64,000 nt of DNA from NCBI GenBank assembly GCA_018056705.1, contig JAGPFE010000016.1, positions 370 to 64,369 of the forward strand, given 5' to 3'. This stretch comes from Candidatus Hydrogenedentota bacterium. Its GTDB lineage: Bacteria; Hydrogenedentota; Hydrogenedentia; Hydrogenedentales; CAITNO01. Below, piece after piece: positions 58,263 to 64,000 of the stretch. The first letter of the stretch is position 1, and each line of letters begins with the position of its first letter. The translations under genes and the position numbers were made by a program. A model generated the notes under the pieces. That model worked only from the letters and a program-made list of their open reading frames with translations, was not told the DNA's origin and did no database searches.

Positions 58263-58306
58263 CGGTGTGCGCGTCCATCACCATGGATCGCACACCGTTC
58301 TTTATT
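58263..58306 (+). terminator. Rho-independent terminator after tRNA-Val
   Basis: 9-bp stem CGGTGTGCG/CGCACACCG, followed by TTCTTTATT. Confidence 0.5.
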
Positions 58307-58672
58307 GATGTGGGCTTCTTATGATGTGTCTTACCTGGTACCGTGCCGTATTCAACAAGTTTCTGATCATATATTCTGTTTTTTCAAATTCCGGTCCGTC
58401 TCTGTTCTCGCGCCCTTTTATTCGCTGTTAACCACAATAGGCAGGGGTGGATGGAGCCAGGTAAATGCCCGGAATGATTTTTTCCAAAGGATCTGGACGC
58501 ACCGCACAAGGAGGACGGCAGGCACGACGGATGTCCTGTTGGTCCTTGCGCGGCAGGGCCTGAGCGGATAGAATGACTTTCGCGCACAGCCCGCCCGGGT
58601 TGCAAAAAGCGCGGCGCCGTGGTGGAGGTAATCGAACCAGGCGCGACGGCACGTGTAAAAGGAATCTGGACC

Positions 58673-59914
58673 ATGGAAGACGACGCAGTCGTTTCACGTC
58701 GGACGATGCTTGCGGCGGGCGCGGCAGGATTGGCGGGGGTGTCTGCCTTCGGCGCGGAGGTTCCGCCCGCCGTCGCGCCGGTGTTCTCCGTGCGGGAGTT
58801 TGGCGCGAGGGGGGACGGCGTCGCCGATGATACGGAATCGGTTCAGGTAGCGGTGGATGCCGCCGTGAAGGCCAAGGGGGGCCGGGTGCATTTCCCCTCC
58901 GGCTCCTACCGGCTCACCAAGACCATCATCATTGCTTCGTCGGACCGCCTGGACCTCACGGGAGACGGTTTCAGTTCTGTGCTGCTGCACGCGGGGCCGG
59001 AGCACTGTCTGGCGTGGCAGGAAGGAAGTGCCTGCCGCGAGTCGTCCGTGCGCGACCTGTGCATCGCCGCCGCCGGGCAGAGCAAGGACCCCGGGACCGC
59101 TGCCATCGCGTGTCTCGGTGGCGTGGAGCGGTCTCTCTTCTCCCACCTGCTGCTCACCGGCGGGGATATCCGCATGGGCAGCGGTATCCTCACGCGCGGG
59201 GTGGCTGACACGACGACCCTGATCCAGTGCGTCATGTGGGGCGTCACCGGGACGGGCCTCGAAGTGGCCCGGGGTAGCGAGGTACGCATCCTCGGAGGCC
59301 GGATCATCGGGTTTACGCGGGACGAGCACCACAGCGTGGGCGTGGCCATCACGGGGAACAACGGCGGGGTCCACATCCTCACCACGGACATCATCGGCCT
59401 GGGCACGGCGGTGAAAATCGGCGGCGGGCCGGGCGCGCCGTCCAACCGGGAGATATTCATCACCCACGCGACAATAGACAGCTGCACCCACGGCATCCAC
59501 CAGACGGACAATGCCTACACCAGCATCGCGGGATGCTGGGCGGCCTCCTGCGACGAGGAACAGATCCTCGTGGAGGGAAGGGGCGCAATCCTCGCCGTGG
59601 CCGGGGGGACCATCTTCAACGGCGGCGCCTACGGCAAACCGGGTGGGCACCACGGCATGGTCGTACGCGGCGGCTCCTTCACCCTATCCGGGCTCACCAT
59701 CCGCCACAACAAGGGGACGGGTCTCCTCGTTGAGGGGAACGTGCGCGACTACGCGGTCACCGGCTGCCGCATCGCCGACAACGGCCGCGGCGTGGTCCTG
59801 GGTGGGAATAACTTTGTCTTCGCCAACAACACCCTCGCCCGTAACGGCGTCCAGATCGAGGACAACGGCGGTTCCAACAAAAACATATCGGGAAACATCC
59901 TGACCGACAGGTAA
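58673..59914 (+). CDS. Tat-exported right-handed beta-helix (pectate-lyase-fold) protein
   Basis: SRRTMLAAGAAGLAG Tat motif. FGARGDGVADDTESVQ is the N-terminal motif typical of Pectate_lyase_3/beta-helix glycosidases. Repeated G-rich beta-helix coils. Confidence 0.6.
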   Translation: MEDDAVVSRRTMLAAGAAGLAGVSAFGAEVPPAVAPVFSVREFGARGDGVADDTESVQVAVDAAVKAKGGRVHFPSGSYRLTKTIIIASSDRLDLTGDGFSSVLLHAGPEHCLAWQEGSACRESSVRDLCIAAAGQSKDPGTAAIACLGGVERSLFSHLLLTGGDIRMGSGILTRGVADTTTLIQCVMWGVTGTGLEVARGSEVRILGGRIIGFTRDEHHSVGVAITGNNGGVHILTTDIIGLGTAVKIGGGPGAPSNREIFITHATIDSCTHGIHQTDNAYTSIAGCWAASCDEEQILVEGRGAILAVAGGTIFNGGAYGKPGGHHGMVVRGGSFTLSGLTIRHNKGTGLLVEGNVRDYAVTGCRIADNGRGVVLGGNNFVFANNTLARNGVQIEDNGGSNKNISGNILTDR

Positions 59915-60119
59915 GACGTTTCCTTTCGTACGGGCCAGAAGGCGGGTGACGCCGCGCCCTTTTTCTTCGAGGCATGAGCGTATCCGCATTGCTCCGCCCA
60001 TGTTGCGGCGACGGTTCGGAAAGCGCGTCGTGGGGAAGGAACGTTGTCTGAACAGAAACCGATAGGGGTATTTACTTGATTCCTCCCCCGAAGAAGTAGT
60101 GGTTATGTCATGGGTAAGG

Positions 60120-60412
60120 ATTAACCGCGCTTCTGGATAAATTTCCGGTGTCGACTCATTGACGAGATCCCATGCGTCTACGTATGACCGGGTGAAGGCC
60201 CCCTCTTCAGCAATGTACTCAAGAATGCGTTTCCGCAATTGCGGCAAGTCTTCGCGCAAAGACTCTCCCCAGGGCTGCAGGTATTCGCGTCCGCGCCAGA
60301 CCATGCAAGGTCCCAGACGTGCCCCCTTCTCTTTGAGGCATTTCAGCGCCGCAAGGGTCTTTTCGCGCGTGAAACCCGGACCATAAGCGCCATGCCAGGC
60401 GATCCACTGCAA
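60120..60412 (-). pseudogene. GH10 (endo-xylanase family) gene remnant
   Basis: ORF fragment with MVWRGREYLQPW and KRILEYIAEEGAFTRSYVDAWDLVNE (the GH10 WDVVNE acid/base region). It degenerates immediately afterwards. The surrounding 59.9-60.8 kb is lower-GC with no intact ORF. Confidence 0.4.
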
Positions 60413-60790
60413 GTCTTTTTCAAGAACAGCACAATGGACAATTTGCGCACGTTTTCCTCGTAGCGATGTGGTCCGGTTCCTTTCCGGTAATGCGGTCCGC
60501 CGTCATCCAGGCGCCCCACAGAAAAGCGTGTCGCGTCATCTCGACATGTACAGACACATTGGACAAGGGCTTTCCACCGGCATCTTCGACACGCGTCACG
60601 AGATCGGCTTTGCGAAGCTGCTCAATCCGTTGTTCCGCCTTCCGTCAGGTATCCTCTAATCCAACCGCCTCCGCTGTCGCGCTCCCTGGAGCGACATAAG
60701 AACGATCAAGCCCAAGCCTTTTCGGAAAAGACCGGATGGGCCATCTGTCTTATTTCCCGTACAAATATCCGCGTGCGGCAGCCCGTTCTC

Positions 60791-62137
60791 TCAGGGTACG
60801 ATCTTCAACTCACCGTCTAATTCCAGGACCACGGTGGATGAAATGGGGTCGGGAGCGTTCTTTCCCACCTTTACCAGCACGCCCTCTCGCCCGGACTTTA
60901 CCTTCAAGCTCTTGTTTGGGTCGGCCAGCAGGTATGCCTTCGCCACGGGCGTCCGCAGCCCCGGCACCACGAGTTTTCCGTTAGCCGGCCAGTCAAACAC
61001 GTGCAGGTAAAGCGTTGTGCCGTTCGGGGTGACTTTCTTCGTGCATCGTCCCCACGGCAGTTTTTCAAAGGGGCTCGCCGTTGTGCCGTAAATGGCGTCG
61101 CCGTTCACTTTCATCCATTGGCCCATCTCTCGCAGTCGCTGGACGGACGCCTCGGGGATCAGGCCTTCCGAGGTCGGCCCCACGTTGAGCAGGTAGTTTC
61201 CGCCCTTGGACGCGATGTCCACCAGATTTCGGATGAGCGTTTTCGTGCTTTTCCATCTGTTGTCGAAGGATTTGTACCCCCAGGTATCGTTCATGGTCAT
61301 GCACACTTCAAAGTCTTGTCCGGGCGTGCCCGTGGCGGGGATATGCTGCTCGGGCGTGCCAAAGTCGCCCTCGTAGCCCCCGCCGAGCCGGTTGTTGGTA
61401 ATGATGCCCGGTTGCAGTCTGGTGAGCGGGTAAAGCAGGTCCGCCCGCTCCTTGGTCATGTTGACCGGGGTGTCCCACCACAGCACCGCTATCGGTCCGT
61501 AGTTCGTCAATAATTCGCGCACTTGCGGCACGGCGACATTCTTGATGTACTCATCCATGTCACCGTCCTGCTTGGGGTCCCAGTGCCCGTCCCTTGCGGC
61601 TGCCCCGCCTGGATTGACCCAGTCCTGCGCCTGGGAATAGTAGAATCCGAGTTTCATGCCGTGCCTCTGGCATGCCTCCGCCAGCGGTTTCAGCAGGTCT
61701 TTCCCGTACGGGGTGCTGTCAACGACATTCCAGTCGCTGGCCTTGGTTTCGAACAGGGCGAAGCCGTCGTGGTGTTTCGCGGTGATGACGATGTATTTCA
61801 TGCCGGCCTCTTTGGCCAGCCGCACCCACTCGTCCGGGTCATACTTGACGGGGTTGAACTCCCTGGCAAGCGCCCTGTACTCGTCCACGGGAATCCTGAG
61901 CGACAGCATAATCCACTCCCCAATTTCCGGCGTTCGCTTTCCCTTGTACTCGCCCGCCGGAACGCTGTACACGCCCCAGTGGATGAACATGCCAAAGCGC
62001 GCCTCCCGCCACCACTGCATCCGCGCGTCCCGCTGCGCGGGCGTTTCTTCGTCCGCCGAGGCGGTGACTGGGACTGACATCAGGACCGTCAGGGCAACCA
62101 GGCTGATCGAAAGCAACTTAGTGATGTGCATGGCCAT
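60791..62137 (-). CDS. alpha-L-fucosidase, GH29
   Basis: Signal peptide, WWREARFGMFIHWGVYSVPA GH29 signature, C-terminal beta-sandwich. GGAGA RBS before ATG 62137. Confidence 0.85.
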   Translation of the reverse strand: MAMHITKLLSISLVALTVLMSVPVTASADEETPAQRDARMQWWREARFGMFIHWGVYSVPAGEYKGKRTPEIGEWIMLSLRIPVDEYRALAREFNPVKYDPDEWVRLAKEAGMKYIVITAKHHDGFALFETKASDWNVVDSTPYGKDLLKPLAEACQRHGMKLGFYYSQAQDWVNPGGAAARDGHWDPKQDGDMDEYIKNVAVPQVRELLTNYGPIAVLWWDTPVNMTKERADLLYPLTRLQPGIITNNRLGGGYEGDFGTPEQHIPATGTPGQDFEVCMTMNDTWGYKSFDNRWKSTKTLIRNLVDIASKGGNYLLNVGPTSEGLIPEASVQRLREMGQWMKVNGDAIYGTTASPFEKLPWGRCTKKVTPNGTTLYLHVFDWPANGKLVVPGLRTPVAKAYLLADPNKSLKVKSGREGVLVKVGKNAPDPISSTVVLELDGELKIVP

Positions 62138-62542
62138 TCTCCGTGTTGAATGTTTTTGTGAGGGGTAGCCTGTCCCCAGGCACTCCACCAGGTGGGCTCC
62201 CCGGTCCTCCGAATCCTTGCGATTGATGTTCCAGAGCAGCGCCTACTGATCCTTAATACAGTGTAGATAAATACTCGGTGGTCTGGGCAATGTTCTCAGG
62301 GTAACTGTCTCATAACCGTCACGCGCGAACATCTCGCGCGCGCCATCCACGATTCGTTCAGGGCCTCACGCTTCCGCTCGCGGCGCGCCTTGGACCTGTT
62401 CTCCCTTTTATGTTTGAAACACCCTTTACAGTATGGCACAGGTTATAGCAGTTTTCAATCCATTTGCCAATTACGACTATTTCGGATGTGATTCTGGTCG
62501 ACTCGACGTGCATATGGCACCATACCCGTCGCGCCGTGGTTG

Positions 62543-62610
62543 TCGATCCCCAGTGCCGCCGGCTTGAACGGCGCCCGCCCGGTCAATCCCCCGTGCCGCC
62601 GGCTTGAACG
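62543..62610 (+). repeat. two-copy 28-bp direct repeat TC(G/A)ATCCCC(A/C)GTGCCGCCGGCTTGAACG
   Basis: Copies at 62543-62570 and 62583-62610, spaced 40 bp, in the ~630-bp non-coding region upstream of the tRNA operon. Confidence 0.4.
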
Positions 62611-62689
62611 TGACGGCCGTGGATGCTTCGGGGGAGGATCCCACTTGCCAGGAGATGCCCGGTACGGGTATAAATGCAAGTGAGCAGTG

Positions 62690-62722
62690 TTGACATCAAC
62701 GGTCACTTTCTGGTATGTTATA
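62690..62722 (+). promoter_or_regulatory. sigma70 promoter TTGACA-18-TATGTT for the tRNA-tuf operon
   Basis: Consensus -35 TTGACA at 62690-62695, -10 TATGTTATA from 62714. A CCGCGC/GCGCGG hairpin plus T7 run (62732-62760) lies between the promoter and the first tRNA. Confidence 0.4.
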
Positions 62723-62766
62723 CCGACCTGACCGCGCCGGGCGCGGGGAGGTATTTTTTTCGGGCC

Positions 62767-62842
62767 GCTGGCGTAGCTCAGTTGGCAGAGCAGCTGACTT
62801 GTAATCAGCAGGTCGGGGGTTCGATTCCCTTCGCCAGCTCCA
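62767..62842 (+). tRNA. tRNA-Thr (anticodon TGT)
   Basis: Acceptor GCTGGCG/CGCCAGC, anticodon loop CTTGTAA, T-loop TTCGATT, CCA encoded. Confidence 0.9.
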
Positions 62843-62894
62843 GCGGACGAACCAGTTGAAACATGAAGTCAATCCGCCAGGGCGGTTGGCGCGT

Positions 62895-62980
62895 GGTGGG
62901 ATGCCCGAGTGGCTAAAGGGGACGGGCTGTAAACCCGTTGGCTAGCGCCTACGTTGGTTCGAATCCAACTCCCACCACCA
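62895..62980 (+). tRNA. tRNA-Tyr (anticodon GTA)
   Basis: Acceptor GGTGGGA/TCCCACC, anticodon GTA, long variable arm (class II), CCA encoded. Confidence 0.9.
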
Positions 62981-63030
62981 TGCACATAGAACATAGCGCG
63001 TGGCGAGCGTGCGACGCGATTGCCCGCGAC

Positions 63031-63106
63031 GCGGGAGTAGCTCAGTTGGTAGAGCGTCAGCCTTCCAAGCTGAGGGTCGCGAGTTCGAGCCTCGTCTCCC
63101 GCTCCA
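63031..63106 (+). tRNA. tRNA-Gly (anticodon TCC)
   Basis: Acceptor GCGGGAG/CTCCCGC, anticodon loop CTTCCAA, CCA encoded. Confidence 0.9.
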
Positions 63107-63135
63107 TAACCGGATACCTCCCGTAAAGGGTTTGG

Positions 63136-63211
<76 letters not shown>

Positions 63212-63289
63212 GTTTGCCGAGAGAAATCGCGACGGCCGTGACACGGCGGCGCGGGGCGTGTGAAACAACGAAGGAAGGAAGACGAAACC

Positions 63290-64000
<711 letters not shown>

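Noticed and set aside
62480-62530. tmRNA-like 5' motif (GATTCTGG...TCGAC...GTGCATATGGCACC)
   Set aside because: There is no independent tRNA-like 3' domain. The downstream CCA-ending structure folds as a complete canonical tRNA-Thr(TGT) with its own D and anticodon arms, so there is no ssrA here.
62543-62610. Possible mini-CRISPR
   Set aside because: Only two 28-bp repeats with a 12-bp spacer, and no cas genes. Not a CRISPR array.

Overview
This is a high-GC (~65%) bacterial chromosomal window with dense coding on both strands. The gene content suggests a Planctomycetes/Verrucomicrobia-like glycan degrader: Tat-exported Gfo/Idh/MocA oxidoreductases, GH29, a GH10 remnant, a WbsX-like protein, and an IPTL/PEP-CTERM-like sorting tail.

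Core content, left to right:
- pfk, then guaB-guaA.
- A minus-strand MEMO1-like/Nif3 pair.
- A four-gene sugar-phosphate cluster (class II aldolase, long MDR dehydrogenase, SrlD-like SDR, SIS isomerase).
- A 1005-aa secreted protein of unknown function with yggT.
- A FapA (DUF342) gene, an HD-domain gene, and a secreted HExxH metalloprotease.
- A long acyl-CoA dehydrogenase, yhbY and a ComB-like phosphatase.
- A surface-polysaccharide block (WbsX-like, rfbD, rfbB, PHP phosphatase, DegT aminotransferase, GH109-like oxidoreductase).
- pilT, an esterase and a solitary flagellin.
- Two Tat-exported oxidoreductases.
- scpA-yraN, hcp with a ferredoxin partner, then clpC overlapping bamA.
- An SLC12-like transporter with a Fis-type regulator.
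- tRNA-Arg, an SGNH/Ig-like protein with an IPTL-CTERM-like tail, DUF1844, ndk, and a PASTA-repeat/LRR lipoprotein.
- tRNA-Val followed by a lower-GC islet holding a beta-helix protein and a GH10 pseudogene remnant, then GH29.
- The conserved tRNA-Thr/Tyr/Gly/Thr-tuf locus at the right edge.

I found no intact mobile element, CRISPR array or recognisable defence system.

The most interesting non-genic signals are:
- A five-copy dispersed REP/MITE-like repeat family (33-bp and 27-bp forms) sitting in intergenic regions. It includes two inverted pairs and a decayed tandem array next to tRNA-Arg.
- A stack of perfect palindromes in the hcp/clpC divergent region, including an FNR/CRP-type TTGAC-N4-GTCAA box.
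- Two unlisted small genes with strong RBSs: a 29-aa Arg/Lys-rich peptide and a 60-aa Cys-rich protein.
- A recent 210-bp in-gene tandem duplication of one PASTA module.

Many long ORFs in the six-frame track are antisense artefacts of the high GC content and I rejected them.
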